This document shows, in pieces, positions 35,465 to 35,874 of a DNA stretch of 35,874 nucleotides. Source of the stretch: a virus (Duplodnaviria > Caudoviricetes); the IMG/VR virus record IMGVR_UViG_3300032223_003566, positions 1 to 35,874 of that record. One strand, given 5' to 3'. The translations under genes were made by a program, and so were the position numbers. The first letter of the stretch is position 1. The number at the start of each line of letters is the position of its first letter. Below the pieces are notes generated by a model. It did not search any database. It was not told the origin of the DNA and was given only the letters and a program-made list of their open reading frames with translations.

Positions 35465-35684
35465 TCAAATTACTCGTCCATTAATTGCTCTTGAATTAAA
35501 AGTAAGGTCTCGCAAATGGCCTGAAGATTATTATATATATCGAGAACAAGAAAAATTGATGGATAGTATGGGTAATGAATTTTATTACAATTGGGAAGAA
35601 TTTATCCGTCTTCATCAACATATTTTAAATAATGGTGGTCCAATTTGGGAGATTTATGAAGAGGTTGGGTTTAACAATTTATAA
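35436..35684 (+). CDS. hypothetical protein
   Basis: ORF overlapping exonuclease end. Confidence 0.55.
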   Translation: MWRSVVKLFSQITRPLIALELKVRSRKWPEDYYIYREQEKLMDSMGNEFYYNWEEFIRLHQHILNNGGPIWEIYEEVGFNNL

Positions 35685-35754
35685 AGTATCACCCTATTAA
35701 ATCAAGAATAAAACAATAGCTCTCTAACCAAAAATAAACCTGGGGAGGTGAAAA

Positions 35755-35874
35755 ATGAAGAAAGCTATTGTTTTATTTGTGTTTTTATACACATTTGTTT
35801 CCTGTGCGTGGGCTCAAAAACCACCACAAGTTAAAAATTTTTCTTCTCAAGTAGAATTGTGCTATTGTGTTGGC
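35755..35874 (+). CDS. partial secreted protein (signal peptide)
   Basis: GGAGG RBS; MKKAIVLFVFLYTFVSCAWAQ. Confidence 0.7.
   Translation, partial: MKKAIVLFVFLYTFVSCAWAQKPPQVKNFSSQVELCYCVG

Noticed and set aside
1-35874. Stop-codon reassignment
   Set aside because: Long ORFs are intact in code 11; TAA, TAG and TGA all end plausible genes; no suppressor tRNA seen

Overview
AT-rich segment of a large (jumbo-type) dsDNA phage genome read in the standard bacterial code. A captured prepilin/H-X9-DG gene of the '[12 protein letters not shown]' type suggests an Armatimonadota-like host (inference). The window has four zones. (1) 1-8250 is an early/host-takeover-like array of ~25 tiny ORFs with many sigma70 promoters; many genes are leaderless, with the -10 box exactly 6 nt before ATG. 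The array is punctuated by nine copies of a covarying hairpin module (TTGACA-17 nt-hairpin loop, usually with a second hairpin). It also holds a ~280-nt highly structured ncRNA candidate, a ~100-nt sRNA candidate and an ArfA/BrfA-like ORF with a terminator before its stop codon. (2) 8970-9470 is a non-coding degenerate tandem/inverted repeat block (origin- or terminus-like). (3) 10.1-28.2 kb holds many otherwise unrelated proteins sharing a portable helical tag (IAxxLDxxGxYxxAxxL, N- or C-terminal) or an MWYxxA leader. Their cargo includes ART-like, GNAT-like, PcfJ-like and NUDIX domains, a candidate virion cargo-targeting system. (4) 28.3-35.9 kb holds five tRNAs (Arg-UCU and Asn-GUU interrupted by group I introns), a free-standing HNH endonuclease, a DNA methyltransferase, a Fic protein and a DEDDh exonuclease. 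All family assignments are by motif recognition only; no searches were run.
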